From positions 2 through 64,001 of the forward strand of contig JAWKPF010000016.1 of the NCBI GenBank assembly GCA_041390825.1: 64,000 bases of DNA, in the 5' to 3' direction. Made by a program: the position numbers and the translations under genes. Positions 1-10,740 of the stretch are shown piece after piece. Each line of letters opens with the position of its first letter. Within the stretch, counting starts at the first letter, position 1. The notes beneath the pieces are model-generated. The model was given only the letters and a program-made list of their open reading frames with translations. It ran no database searches and was not told the origin of the DNA. Source of the DNA: Thermomicrobiales bacterium. GTDB taxonomy: Bacteria; Chloroflexota; Chloroflexia; Thermomicrobiales; UBA6265.

Positions 1-734
1 ACCTTGCGCGGTTCGCCTTGCTCCACCACCACGCCGCCGTCCATGAAGACGATGCGGTCGGCCACATCGCGCGCAAAGCCCATTTCGTGTGTCACCACGA
101 TCATCGTCACACCGTGCGATTCGGCCAGGTCGGTCATGACCGCCAGCACTTCCCCAACCAGCTCCGGGTCGAGCGCGGAGGTGACTTCGTCGAACAGAAT
201 GACTTTCGGCTCCATTGCCAGAGCGCGGGCGATGGCTACCCGTTGCTGCTGTCCACCGGAAAGTTGCGACGGATACGAGTCGGCCTTGTCGGCCAGGCCG
301 ACCCGCGCCAACAGCCGCCTGGCGTTTTCTTCCGCATCGCTCTTTTTCACTCCGCGCACTTTCATCGGCCCGAATGTGACATTGCGCAGCGCGGTCATGT
401 GCGGAAAGAGATTGAACTGCTGGAAGACCATCGCGGTCTCAGCTCGCAGCCTGGCGATCTCCTTCTCGGGCGCCGGCTTGAGCTGGCCATTTTGCTCTCG
501 ATACCCGACCAACTTGCCGTCGACGTAGATACGTCCGTCCTGATACGTCTCCAGGAAGTTCACGCAACGGAGCATGGTGGTCTTGCCCGAACCACTTGGT
601 CCGATGACCGTGACCACTTCACCCGGAGCGATATCGAGATCGACCCCACGGAGCACTTGCAGTTCGCCGTAGCTCTTGTGCAAGTTCCGGATGGAGACCA
701 TGGCGTTCGGATCGGGAGTGAGATCGATACTCAT
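1..734 (-). CDS. polar amino-acid ABC transporter ATP-binding protein (3' end runs off the window)
   Basis: Minus-strand translation from ATG 734 reads [53 protein letters not shown] (Walker A). It continues with [17 protein letters not shown] (ABC signature), ILFDEVT (Walker B) and VTHEMGFA (H-loop). An ATGA start/stop overlap joins it to the upstream permease (731-734). It is absent from the ORF track because no stop lies inside the window. Confidence 0.92.
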   Translation of the reverse strand, partial: MSIDLTPDPNAMVSIRNLHKSYGELQVLRGVDLDIAPGEVVTVIGPSGSGKTTMLRCVNFLETYQDGRIYVDGKLVGYREQNGQLKPAPEKEIARLRAETAMVFQQFNLFPHMTALRNVTFGPMKVRGVKKSDAEENARRLLARVGLADKADSYPSQLSGGQQQRVAIARALAMEPKVILFDEVTSALDPELVGEVLAVMTDLAESHGVTMIVVTHEMGFARDVADRIVFMDGGVVVEQGEPRK

Positions 735-1408
735 CGAGCGACCCCAAAGCGATAGCGCTGGGCAACCAACACGCCCACGCGGGAAATCGAAAAGCAAATC
801 ACGAAATAGATTGCAGCGGCGGCGATGTAGAAGGGAAGCACATCTCCGGTCCGCTCGACGATCTTGCGCGTGGCGAACAGCAGCTCGCTCATGCTCAGCA
901 GCGAGGCCAACGAAGTGCCTTTGACCAATTCAGCGGCGGTATTGGTCCAGGGGGGAATGATGACCGGGATCGACTGTGGCAACGCGACATGGAACAACCG
1001 CGGCCAGAATGTCAGTCCGAGCGATTTCGCTGCATCGGACTGTCCGCGTGGCACCGATGCCAATGCTCCCCGCACCACTTCCCCCACCTGGGCGGCCCCA
1101 AACGCGCTCAACCCAATGGCCGCAGCCTGAAATCGACCGACATTGGTCGGCACATGCCAGCCAAGGATATCGATATCGATGACGGGGAGGATGTAGTAGA
1201 TCAAGAAGAGCACGACCAGAATTGGCAAACCGCGGATGATATCGACGTAGAGCCGCAACAGGGTGCGAACCACCCGATTGCCATAGACCAGCCCAACCCC
1301 GACGAAGAGCCCGATGATCGAACTGGCGATGATTGCCACCGCTGAGAGTTGCAACGTCAGCTTGAGGCCGATCCAGATCAGATCGCGGTTGTCCCAGACT
1401 TGGCTCAT
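731..1408 (-). CDS. amino-acid ABC transporter permease (His/Glu/Gln/Arg type)
   Basis: ORF 731..1420. It is multi-TM and carries the EAA-loop-like segment [30 protein letters not shown] at 1408 overlaps the upstream stop as ATGA; the GTG at 1420 is the alternative start. Confidence 0.85.
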   Translation of the reverse strand: MSQVWDNRDLIWIGLKLTLQLSAVAIIASSIIGLFVGVGLVYGNRVVRTLLRLYVDIIRGLPILVVLFLIYYILPVIDIDILGWHVPTNVGRFQAAAIGLSAFGAAQVGEVVRGALASVPRGQSDAAKSLGLTFWPRLFHVALPQSIPVIIPPWTNTAAELVKGTSLASLLSMSELLFATRKIVERTGDVLPFYIAAAAIYFVICFSISRVGVLVAQRYRFGVAR

Positions 1409-2145
1409 GCCACGCTCCACTTGATACGCCGTTCGAGGAAGCGCAACGCCAGGGCAATGGCGTAACAGGTTGCCAGATACATGAGTCCTGCGGTGGCCCA
1501 GGCTTCGATGTAGCGGAAGTAGTCGGTGCTCACCTTGCGCGCCGCCCAGGTCAACTCAGGGGCCGCAATGGCGACCGCAATCGACGTGTCTTTGAAAAGC
1601 CCGATGAAGGTATTGCCCAGTGAGGGCAGCACCGTGCGGAACATGATTGGCAGGGTGATGGACGTTGCCGTTTGCCAGCGGCTGAGACCGAGCGAAGTGC
1701 CGGCTTCGAGATAGCGTTTGCCGACCGAAATGATGCCGGCGGAGAAAATCTCGGTCAGGTACGCGGCAGCATAGATCGCCAGTGCCACGATGAACGTTCG
1801 TTCGGCGTCCGGGAGAATCTTCAGCACCCATTCCTGTCCGGTGCTGCGCCGTGGAAAGACCTGGGGAAGACCGAAATAAAGCAGCGACACGATGAGAAGC
1901 AATGGAATGTTGCGAATCAACTCGACATAGGCGGTCACCAACCATCGCACCGGGCGAGGGCCATATTGCCGTGCGAACGCGAAGAGCAGTCCGAGCAGCG
2001 TCCCGATCAAGAGACCGAGAATCGCCATCTTCAGACCGAGCACCAGCCCGTCGATGAAGAGCCACTTGTTATCGGTGATGTATTCCCAGCGGAGCTTGTA
2101 CATCGATCCCCGGGGACCTGTGCGTGAATTCGTGAGCCACGGCAT
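1405..2145 (-). CDS. amino-acid ABC transporter permease
   Basis: ORF 1405..2145. It is multi-TM with the segment EAGTSLGLSRWQTATSITLPIMFRTVLPSLGN, typical of the binding-protein-dependent permease family. The start is ambiguous (ATG 2145 or ATG 2103). Confidence 0.85.
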   Translation of the reverse strand: MPWLTNSRTGPRGSMYKLRWEYITDNKWLFIDGLVLGLKMAILGLLIGTLLGLLFAFARQYGPRPVRWLVTAYVELIRNIPLLLIVSLLYFGLPQVFPRRSTGQEWVLKILPDAERTFIVALAIYAAAYLTEIFSAGIISVGKRYLEAGTSLGLSRWQTATSITLPIMFRTVLPSLGNTFIGLFKDTSIAVAIAAPELTWAARKVSTDYFRYIEAWATAGLMYLATCYAIALALRFLERRIKWSVA

Positions 2146-2364
2146 GTTTGCCGGGTCGACAGTTTCCGAATGCGCACACTGTAGCCCACCCAGATGTGAA
2201 GCTCGCGACCAGCGACGGGTGACTATCGAGTGGCAACGATATTGGCGCGCTTTGCCTGGATCGCCGCGGACTGATGTCTACTTGCGATCCGGCGAAAAAT
2301 GGAGAACCAACTGAACGACCGGGGGCAACCGCCACCCGGCCGTTCAAAACAAAATCCAGGTTGC

Positions 2365-3285
2365 CTACTGGTACTCGACCGGGAAACCAATCGGCGGGTT
2401 TGGAAGCTCGACCCCAAAGTAGGTGTTGAACGCCGCCCGATAGATCGGGAAGTCGAGTCCGACCATGGCTTGCTGCAGCGCTGTGTTGACGAAGTTCAGG
2501 AAGACCTGATCGCCTGGCTTGACAGAAGCGGCGTACGACTGCGCGTCCCAGCCTTCTGGAATGGTCTTGTACACCTCGGGGTCTTGCGCCACCATCCAGC
2601 GGCCAGTCGACATGTCGATTCCAGTGGCGTCGACGCGGCCGGAGTCGAGTGCTTCGACCGACGCGGCCACCGAATCGAACTGCTCGACGGTGGCGTCCGG
2701 AACGCCGCGGTGGATCATGTCTTCGGCGGTGACGTTTGCCAGGATCGCGATCGTCAGTCCCTGCCCCTGCATGTCGGCCAGCGAGTTGTACTCGGAGTCT
2801 GCTGGCAGCAACAGGGTCACGCCTTCGCGATAGTAGGGGACCGTGAAAGCCACCTGCAGCGCTCGGGCCGCCGTGACAGTCATGAACTGGAAGTTGATGT
2901 CGACCTTGTCCGACAACAAGTCGGGAATTCGGGCATCGGCTTCGTGCACAACGAACTCGACGTATTTGCGCGGTTCCTCGCCGCCCATGATCTGTTCCTG
3001 GTCGAGTCCAAAAATGCCGCCCGCCAGCAAAAGCGCGAGCGAGATATCGAATCCCACCAGCTGGCCATCTTCATCTTCGAAGTGCCATGGCGGGTTGGTG
3101 CTGCCGGTACCGACAACGATCTTGCCCCGATCGAGGATCTTCCCGAGCAGGCTGTCCGAGGTTGCGTCCTGCGCCATGGCGTGCAAACTCGGCAGCGAAA
3201 CGGCCGCGGCCGCTCCACCGATCAGCGCGCCCCGGGAGATCAGGTTCCGGCGGCTCGTCATTCCTGGGATCCGGTTTTCTGGCAT
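2365..3285 (-). CDS. amino-acid ABC transporter substrate-binding protein, Tat signal
   Basis: ORF 2365..3351. AGGAAGGG lies 6 nt upstream of ATG 3285 (MPENRIPGMTSRRNLISRGALIGGAAAAVSLPSLHAMA, a twin-arginine signal). The body resembles type-3 periplasmic binding proteins. Confidence 0.85.
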   Translation of the reverse strand: MPENRIPGMTSRRNLISRGALIGGAAAAVSLPSLHAMAQDATSDSLLGKILDRGKIVVGTGSTNPPWHFEDEDGQLVGFDISLALLLAGGIFGLDQEQIMGGEEPRKYVEFVVHEADARIPDLLSDKVDINFQFMTVTAARALQVAFTVPYYREGVTLLLPADSEYNSLADMQGQGLTIAILANVTAEDMIHRGVPDATVEQFDSVAASVEALDSGRVDATGIDMSTGRWMVAQDPEVYKTIPEGWDAQSYAASVKPGDQVFLNFVNTALQQAMVGLDFPIYRAAFNTYFGVELPNPPIGFPVEYQ

Positions 3286-3475
3286 CGATGCCCTTCCTTT
3301 CTGCACGGCGATTTCGCACGCGCATTCGGTCCGAACGACGGTTTCTGACAAACAGTGAATCTCCTGGCATTGTGGGGTGATCCAGATTGTCTGTCAACGC
3401 AGGCAAACTACCACGTGAATTGCTTACCATGCCGGAAGAGATGCCGAAGTGGTTCAGGAGCGAGGTCGACCGAAC

Positions 3476-4719
3476 ATGGACATCTACCAGAAACTCGGTG
3501 TGCAGCCAGTCATCAATTGCGCGACCACCTACACGCGGCTTGGCGGGTCGATCATGGCGCCACATGTAGCGCAGGCGATGGCCGATAGCGCAGGGGCTTT
3601 CGTCAACATCTTCGAACTGCAGCGAGGCGGCTGGCAAACGCCTGGCGGACTGGACCGGGAACGAAGCCGTCGGCGACGCTGGCGCCGCAGCCGCGTTGGC
3701 GTTGGCGACCGCGGCTGCCGTGACCGGCGACGATGTTGCGGCTCATGGCGCGGTTCTCGAACCGCCTCGATGGGCTGAAGAACCAGGTCGTCGTCCACCG
3801 CTACCAGCGCAATTGGTACGACATCGCAGTGCGCATGACCGGTGCGGAACTGGCGGAGATCGGTCACACATACGGAGACCTATGAGTGGAGCTCGATGAT
3901 GCCATCAACGAGCGGACGGCGGCCGTGGTCTATTTCGCAGGAACGCACTTGAACTGCAACACGCTGCCGCTCGAGTTCGTGATCGAACGGGCGCACGCGC
4001 GTGGTGTGCCGGTGATCGTCGATGCCGCGGCGCAGATCCCGCCAGTCTCGAATCTCTGGCGGCATTTCACACGAAGTCCGGCGCCGAGTTGCCATCTTCA
4101 GTGGGGCAAGATGCTGCGCGGACCGCAGAACAGCGGGCTGGCGGTCGGAACTCCAAATGATCGAAGCGATGCGTAGCCCAACGGATTGCCGGTGCAGCGT
4201 GCATTGGCTGCGCGATGAAGATGTCCAAAGAAGATGATCGGGTTGCTGACCGCGGTCGAGACGTATCTGGAAGCTGACCATGTCGCTGAGGCGGATGGAG
4301 CGGGGACGCCGTCGTGTCGAGCTGGGATGCCGCATGGCAGCGGCTGGCGCCGCGTTGGCTGTCGATCAGGCGATCGGAGACCTGGCGAAGTTGGGGAACC
4401 GATTCCGCGCATCCTCAGCGCAGGTTACGCCTGATGCGCCATTGACCCGTGACGATCTGATCGCCGATCTGCGCGCCGGAAAGCCGCCGATCGAGGTCGG
4501 GCCGAAAACGAATCGACGATTGCCTTCAGTCCGCACATGTTGCAACCGGGAGAGGCGGAGATCGTGGAGCAGCGTGTTGCAGAATTGACTGCAAGCCATT
4601 TGCTCGCGCAGCCCTCTGGAGCCATTGCGGGGACTAGGCTTTCGCTCGCAAACCTGCTACGATGCGTCCGTACATCCCCGACGCAGTACGTCCCGCCAAC
4701 CGACCGAAGAGCGTTTTGA
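3476..4719 (+). pseudogene. SelA-like / D-glucosaminate-6-phosphate ammonia-lyase-like PLP enzyme, multiply frameshifted as given
   Basis: ATG 3476 gives MDIYQKLGVQPVINCATTYTRLGGSIMAPHVAQAMADSAGAFVNIFELQ. The gene continues in other frames: 3696.. (ALATAAAVTGDD), 3886..4176 (FAGTHLNCNTLPLEFVIERAHARGVPVIVDAAAQIPPVSNLW), 4234.. and 4537.. (MLQPGEAEIVEQRVAEL). The 3' end is uncertain. Confidence 0.6.
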
Positions 4720-4749
4720 GCCTACTCCTGCTTGTGCGGAGGGGGAAGC

Positions 4750-5340
4750 ATGCGTGTATTCACTTCGGAGCGGCGGCGCTCCTGGACCGCAGTCCTCGAT
4801 GATGGGGTATCCTCCTGGGCGCGCTACAGGTGCTGGCGCAAACGGGGACTCCGGCGGCAGACCACGCCGCTCGCCGCGACGACGCCACAAACCGAAACGT
4901 CGGCCACGCCGTTGGCCGAAACGGCAGCGACGCCGGGTGGCTGAGCCGGTGCGCGTGGTGACGCTGGCTGGCTGGTATCAGAATGCCGCCAACGGCGAGT
5001 TCATCGGAAATTGGCCCGGTACAGACGACCGACCAGTTGGTGGCCGGTCCTGGCGACCCGACCAGCACGCTGACTGGCACTGCCGACCTGGAAAGCGAGT
5101 GAGAACAACGGCCTCCCGTACATCGAATTGGGCGACACCATTCTTGTCGGCACCGAGATGTTCGAAGGCGATCCCGAATCGGTCTTCAACCGGATCTACT
5201 ACCAGGCGATCCGCCCCTGCGCCCAGCCACGCTGGTGATTCCGGTTACCGCAACGGCTGGACCGTATGAGGTCGCCTGGCAGACGATCACTTTCCTGGTC
5301 AGCTTTTCGGTAGTTCTACCTGCGCAGCGGAATCGTGGTC
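4750..5340 (+). pseudogene. possible secreted protein remnant (unknown family)
   Basis: GGAGGGGG SD lies before ATG 4750. A T/P/A-rich linker (AATTPQTETSATPLAETAATP) is followed by fragments in three frames (VVTLAGWYQNAANGEFIGNW; NGLPYIELGDTILVGTEMFEGDPESVFNRIYYQA; PVTATAGPYEVAWQTITF). No family was recognised. Confidence 0.3.
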
Positions 5341-5406
5341 ATCATGCTCAATCCGAGGCTGAGTAGGTTTTCGGCGGACATTCAGCGAATCTGACGCAGG
5401 CATGTG

Positions 5407-5437
5407 AAAACGGGCGGCCTGGGCCGCCCCGTGTTTC
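5407..5437. terminator. bidirectional intrinsic terminator between convergent genes
   Basis: The sequence is gaaaaCGGGCGGCCtgGGCCGCCCCGtgtttcg. It forms a 9-bp GC stem with one bulge, and the flanks are A-rich on one side and T-rich on the other. Confidence 0.6.
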
Positions 5438-5497
5438 GTGCCATGCGTGCCGGATACGTGTCGACGCTTTCCCGGAGGCCTTCGCCAGATCGGTTCT

Positions 5498-6544
5498 TCA
5501 ATGAAGCGTTACCTTGTTGCCCTCAAGCTGTGGCGAGGAGATCCCCTCCACTCCGCCTCGTCGGGATGACGACACTCGCACGGCAGACACGTATGCCGGC
5601 GACCGTGCTAGACCGAGACCGTTCAGGCAGTGGCGACATGATCGCGTCAGGGTCGAGCCGCTTGAGCATGTCGTAGCCGATTCGCCAAAGTGGCGCAAGC
5701 GTTCCTTGGCCAGGGCAATGGCGGTGGCTTCCAGGTGCTGTTCCGGCCGGGTAGATGTCTGGCGCGTTGCGCAAACCAAACTTGAGATAGACCGGAGCGC
5801 AAACGCGCACCAGCTCTGCGATCTCGTAGTGGCGAATGAACCCACCGATATCGTCGGGAACCTCGACATAGATATCGAGCGGTATGGTGGTTGCCGCGCG
5901 GATGGCGGCCAATTGCGCCAGCGAGAGATCGGTTGTATTGAACGTCGTCAAGCCGATGTCTTGCAGCAACCGTACCGAGGCCGGATTGGACGCGCCGAGC
6001 ATGACCGAAACCCTTGAGAATCAGGTCCTTCGGCAGCTCCCCGGCCTCCTTCATCTTGCAGCCGAGCACGAGCAGGAGTCCTTCTTCATCGGTGACGAGC
6101 ACGCTGTTGATACCGTGCTCGAAAGCGCCCGCTTCACGTCTTCGACCGCATGGACGAGCTGGTCCGCGCCACGCGCTTTCGGTCCGACGATCTTGCCAGC
6201 GGTGGAATAGGGCCATGGCGCGCCGCATCCCAGCCGGCGCGAGGTCCGACGAACAGGCCGATCTCGATGCCGCGCTGGCGTCCGAGCGCGGCCATTTCGT
6301 CCAGTTCGTCATCGGTCAGCAGCATGACGCCGCCGCCCTGGCTTACCCGATGAATCGGCACCCCGTACTCGTCGGCATATTGGTAGACGGTGCGCAGCGC
6401 GTTCGACCCTCGACTGAAGGAATTGATGCGCCATTGGCCGCCGTCTGGGAAGCGCTGATCGGACGATGGCAGATCGCGCAAATCGTGATCGGGCAGTCCC
6501 ATGCTCCGCAAGAATGCCTGTGCGTCTGAATTCCGTTCATCCAA
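5498..6544 (-). pseudogene. conserved hypothetical protein (family not recognised), frameshifted as given
   Basis: Fragments run 6134..6544 (MDERNSDAQAFLRSMGLP...YADEYGVPIHRVSQGGGVMLLTDDELDEMAALG), the middle of 5647..6312 (FEHGINSVLVTDEEGLLLVLGCKMKEAGELPKDLILKG), 5523..6002 (IPLDIYVEVPDDIGGFIRHYEIAELV...YLKFGLRNAPDIYP) and 5498.. . They read as one colinear protein. Confidence 0.45.
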
Positions 6545-6649
6545 TCCTCCAGTGCGTCCAGGCGACGACGATACCGTTCATCAGAGCTCTCGCAAGGGTA
6601 CCGGGAGTCGGGCCCGCTGTGGAGGGCGGCGGGGCGAGCGCGCGCAGAC

Positions 6650-7676
6650 GGCTCATCCCTCCATGTTGGCTCGTCGCCTGATCGCTCAACGGGCGCCTCC
6701 CAGCCGGAAAGCACCGAACGTGCCTGGTCCGCGATGGACTCCACGATCTCAGCCGCAGGAAGCACGTCGTGCATGACGCCGACGCTCTGACCAGCGTAGA
6801 GCACCATGCTTTCCAGGTCGCCTGTGGTCCGAGCTCCGGGGAAGTCGTCGTGGTAGCGCATGATGGGAATGCCGCGGCTGGTGTGCCCGATCACGTCTCC
6901 TCTCCCCGGGGCCGCGGCCCGGTTCGGGGCGTCCGGCGTCTTCCCAGAGCTGAAGCGACTTGTTCGGCAACGTGCGCAATGGGGTGTTCGCTGGCCAGCC
7001 ACCGCGGAAGATGCGGTATGGATCGTGTCGCTCGCGCCGGCGTCGATCAAGCGTCCCTGGTAGTCCGCGTGGGCATCCGCTTCTGATGAAAGAACGAAGC
7101 GGGTGCCAGACGCCAGACGCGCCCAGGCAGAGCGCGGCAAGCCCGCGGCCATCCCCGTCGCCACCCGCGGCGAGCACGGGGGTGGGCGCAACGGCGTCGA
7201 CCATTTCGGGAATGAGCGCCAGGAGACTCGTTTGCCCCCTCGACGTGACCGGACGCTTCGTAGCCCTGTGCCACGATCACGTCCACACCCGCGTTCTTCG
7301 CTGCGATTGCTGCCGACGTGGAACCGACCATGCACCAGGAGCGCAGCGTCGTGAATCTGTTCGACCCAGGAGATGGATCACCCCAGGAAAGCGAGATCAC
7401 CGGGACCCTTCCTCGAGCGCGATGGCCAGCCGGTTCCGGGATCCCATGCAAGCACCAGGTTGATGCCGAACGGTCGGTTCGTGAGCGCCTTGGTCTGCTG
7501 ATCAGCTCGCGCGCCTCGTTGGGCGAGCGCCAGGTGAGCGAGAGCGTTCCAAGCTCCTCCTCGGCGTTGCTCACGGCGGCGGCTAGTTCCGGCGTGGTCG
7601 CCGTACCGATCGGCGCCTGGGCGATGGGAAGGTCGATGTCAGCCAGGCTGGTGAAATCAGTGGCGAGCGATGTCAT
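6650..7676 (-). pseudogene. nitronate monooxygenase (2-nitropropane dioxygenase / FabK-like), frameshifted as given
   Basis: ATG 7676 gives DLPIAQAPIGTATTPELAAAVSNA..LGTLSLTW. Later segments read GVDVIVAQGYEASGHV, PVLAAGG..DGRGLAA, GTRFVLSSEADAHADYQGRLIDA and MVLYAGQSVGVMHDVLPAAEIVESI, spread over three frames. The 3' end is approximate. Confidence 0.65.
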
Positions 7677-7691
7677 AGGTTTGCACCGAAG

Positions 7692-8504
7692 TCAGTGATC
7701 GAGCAGCCAGCGGATGCGCGAAAACGAAAGAACGCAGATCAGGGCCGCAAAGGTCCAAAGCGTCTCGGCGATCCAGCGATAGCCGGTCACCCGTGAGTCC
7801 ATAGCCGGCCAGGAGAAAGAGGCTGACTTCCAGTACGAGACGGACCGGTCCCGGCGTCGGGAATACGCTGGCTTGGTTGCCGGTGGCATCCCGGGTGTGC
7901 GGAAGATGCCCCACAAGAGGATAGCCGCAGTGGTAAGTCCGGCGGCCAGGAGCTACTGGGTGACGCCGGATCCGGCTCAGCCGATCCAGGTAACGATGCC
8001 CACATCCCGATCTCCAGGAGGAACATGAAGATATCGGGTAAACGTCACGCTGTGCCCAGACGACGAGCTCCTTGAGGTCCTGATCAAAGGCTGCGCGTTC
8101 CCAGCCCGGCGTTCTTCATATCGTTCAAGTGGTCGGTGACGTGATTTCCGAAGAGTTGGCGATCCGATCGAGCGTTTGCGGTCCTGCTTCGGGATGCTGA
8201 ACGCTTTGTTCCCATGCCTCGTCAGGCAGCGCGCAGAATGGCGAGATTGACCGCGCGCAACGTGGCCAGCGTCCAGCAACAACTCGTCGGGGATCTCCGC
8301 TACCGGGATGCGCTCCTCGTAGAGATCCTGATCGAACGGCAGGATACTGCCGCCTGGACGGGCAATGGCGGTACGCAATCGGGTAGAGAAAACGATCTCG
8401 GATCTGAGCAGGTGCTGCAGCAGCTGTCGCGCCCAACCGCCGTCGATTGGCTGCATGCGCTTGTCTGCCGGCACATTATGATAGACCATGACGAACTCGG
8501 TCAT
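7692..8504 (-). pseudogene. hypothetical protein(s) downstream of KAS, frame breaks
   Basis: ATG 8504 overlaps the KAS stop as ATGA (MTEFVMVYHNVPADKRMQPIDGGWARQLLQHLL...). The frame appears to break after about 85 codons. A hydrophobic tail fragment lies at 7692..7916. No family was recognised. Confidence 0.3.
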
Positions 8505-9954
8505 GGCGTTGTCTCCAGCTGCGGCGTTGGGCGTAATGGCTGCTCATTCAAGATCCTTGCTCGTTTGATGCGCGAAACTCTGCCGGCGGTCGTTTCCAGC
8601 ACGAGCGCCGCGCTCTGACCGCCAAGCCCGAATCCGTGCTTGGCCATGTATTCGAATTCACAGGCCGTGCCGCGCCATGCACGACGTCGAGATTGACTTC
8701 GGGATCAGGGTTCTTGTAGTTGGGCGGTCGGCGGAATACCTGCTCGGCGATCGAGAGGGATACTCCATGGCAGTCTCGATCGCCCCCAGCCCCGCCCATG
8801 CAATGCCCGATGTTGCTCTTTCACAGACATCACCGGAATCGATGCGGTGTGTTCGCCATAGACATGATGGATCGCGCGGCTTCGGCCACGTCTCCCGCGG
8901 GGTCGAGGCGGCATGCGCCTGGATGTGCCCTGGGATCTTGTCGGGAGTCACACCTGCGTCCGCCAATGCGGCCACGATGTTCGGGCCGCGCCAATTCCTT
9001 CTGGCTGTGGCGCGATCGGATGGCATCGTTGCTGGAGGCGTAAAGCCGACGATCTCGGCAAACACTCGCGCGCCCCGCGCCATGGCGAAATCGTAGTCCT
9101 CTCCCAGCACAAGCGCGCCGGCCCCTTCGCCGAGCGCGAAACCGGAGCGGGTAGCGTCGAAGGGACGCAGCGCCTCTTCGGGATGCTCGTTCGGAGTCGG
9201 TCACCAGCGCGCATCGCCGAGAAGCCCGCGACGCCCATCGGATGCACGGTCGATTCAGAGGCTCCTGCCAGCATCAATGGCGCAATGCCGGACTGGACGA
9301 CATGAAACGCCTCGCCACGGCCTGCGTGCCTGTGGCGCAGGCACAGGAAACCGTGCTGCTCGGTCCTCCCATACAAAAACGCCACTGCACGGTGTAGGAC
9401 GCCATGTTGAGCGGGAACTGACGTGTATGGGAGACAGCTTACCGTGTCCCCGGTGTTGAAGGTGTCATAGGCAGGAAGCAGATCAGTCATAGCATCCGCC
9501 AACACAGGTCCCGATGACCGAACCGGCCGGGCAGCAGATCCATGAGTGGATTGCCCGCTTCATCGACCAGTCCGGCGGAAATGAGCGCGGCGCCGGCGGC
9601 CTCCATCAACCAGAGGCTGAACTGCGAGGTGTTGCGCGCGGTCTTGGAGTCGAGGAAGCGTTGCGGAGATCGTCCATTTCGGAGATCGCCGCGCACCTGG
9701 CATGAGTAGTTGCCTTCCTGGGAGATAGGGATGCGCTTGATACCGCTTTTCCCCTTCAGGATGTTTTCCCATGACGCTTTCGCGGTGAGCCCCACTGCGC
9801 TCACTGCGCCCAATCCGGTGACAACGACCTGGCGCTGGTACGGGCACGTTGGCCTCGCAGCTCGCTACCGCAGGTTCCACAGAAGAGTTGCGTTTCAGAG
9901 ACCGGGGCGCCACAAACCGGGCACGAGGTCGGGGAAGTGAGATCGGAACGTCAT
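8501..9954 (-). pseudogene. beta-ketoacyl-ACP synthase II-like (KAS II) with N-terminal zinc-ribbon segment, frameshifted as given
   Basis: Segments read QVVVTGLGAVSAVGLTAKASWENILKGKSGI (9487..9813), ARGARVFAEIVGF...AHAASTP (8658..9110) and GG.G.IE...SIAEQVF.P.NYKNPDPEVNLDVVHG (8548..8799), with a final frame ending in TGA at 8501. ATG 9954 and the KAS body share one frame. The segment between them encodes CPVCGAPVSETQLFCGTCG in the +1 frame. Confidence 0.7.
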
Positions 9955-10074
9955 ACGGTGTTCCTGAATGGTGTGCGAATACGGCTGCAACTGGACGAAT
10001 CTGCCGGTCAACCTGCCTGTAACGGACTCCGCATGGGAAAATCTGGCCAAGTATAGCGGTCCCCTTGAACATAC

Positions 10075-10115
10075 GAGCGCCCGGCGCGGTTGGAAACCGT
10101 TCTCGCCGGGCGCTC
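10075..10115. other. long perfect GC-rich stem-loop in an intergenic region
   Basis: GAGCGCCCGGCG (10075-10086) pairs perfectly with CGCCGGGCGCTC (10104-10115). The loop contains a nested CGGTT-gga-AACCG hairpin, and two more pairs are possible outside the stem. Confidence 0.7.
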
Positions 10116-10427
10116 GTTGCAAAGGAGTTCGCTGCCGAGGTGTTCGTCCCATGGTCGCGAACGACTTTCTTCCATAAGACGGTGAGGCGTATTTGGGAGC
10201 GTTGCGTGCAACCGCCGCTGCAACGGTACTGAGGTGAAAAAGAGGAGAAGCAGAACGGGTGGCTAGGCCTGCTCAGTTGAATGCCCTCCTGGTGCTCAAT
10301 TGGGTGGTCCTCTTCGAAATTCGCACCCTGGTCGACCCCGAGTTTCCCCGGTGCCCGGCAATCATCGGCGACGCTGCTGCAAACATGCCGATCACTTAGT
10401 GTAAACGCGAAACCAGGGCGAATGGTT

Positions 10428-10680
10428 TCATTTCAGCCAGGTGACGGTGATGCGCCGAAGTGTTCGGCCAGTCATCCACCAGGATGACACGTTCCCCGTC
10501 GATTCCGTGGAGGGCGGAATCAAACCGAGTCGAAGGCCTCGTCGCGGCTCATAACGATCGCACATTGGGCGCTCCGTCAGCCGGACCCAAATCGACCTGA
10601 ACTTCGCTGTTGGAGACATCGACAACCACCGCCCCGATCTGGCGGACCGTCTCTTCCCCGTCGAACAGTTCGAGCTTCAT
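10428..10680 (-). pseudogene. small hypothetical protein, frameshifted as given
   Basis: ATG 10680 gives MKLELFDGEETVRQIGAVVVDVSNSEVQVDLGPADGAPN. It continues in other frames (DEAFDS..; AVHGIDGERVILVDDWPNTSA). A GAAACCA/TGGTTTC hairpin sits at the stop. No family was recognised. Confidence 0.3.
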
Positions 10681-10740
10681 GCCTTCACCCGCCTGCGCCA
10701 ATTTGGATACGCCTGCGTAAAGTATGCCCGAGCGCTGTGA

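Noticed and set aside
18-755. 245-aa plus-strand ORF (and the overlapping ORF 4..528)
   Set aside because: It is antisense to the ABC ATPase, whose Walker A, signature and Walker B motifs read perfectly on the minus strand. The His/Arg/Asp-rich composition is typical of antisense ORFs in GC-rich DNA.
2299-3348. 349-aa plus-strand ORF
   Set aside because: It is antisense to the Tat-signal solute-binding protein gene. It has no motifs and a skewed Arg/Asp/Val/His composition.
10677-10680. ATGA overlap suggesting that the PBP gene ends at 10677
   Set aside because: The frame ending at 10677 is Arg-rich out-of-frame sequence. The PBP acidic tail ends at 10741 in another frame, so this overlap is probably coincidental.
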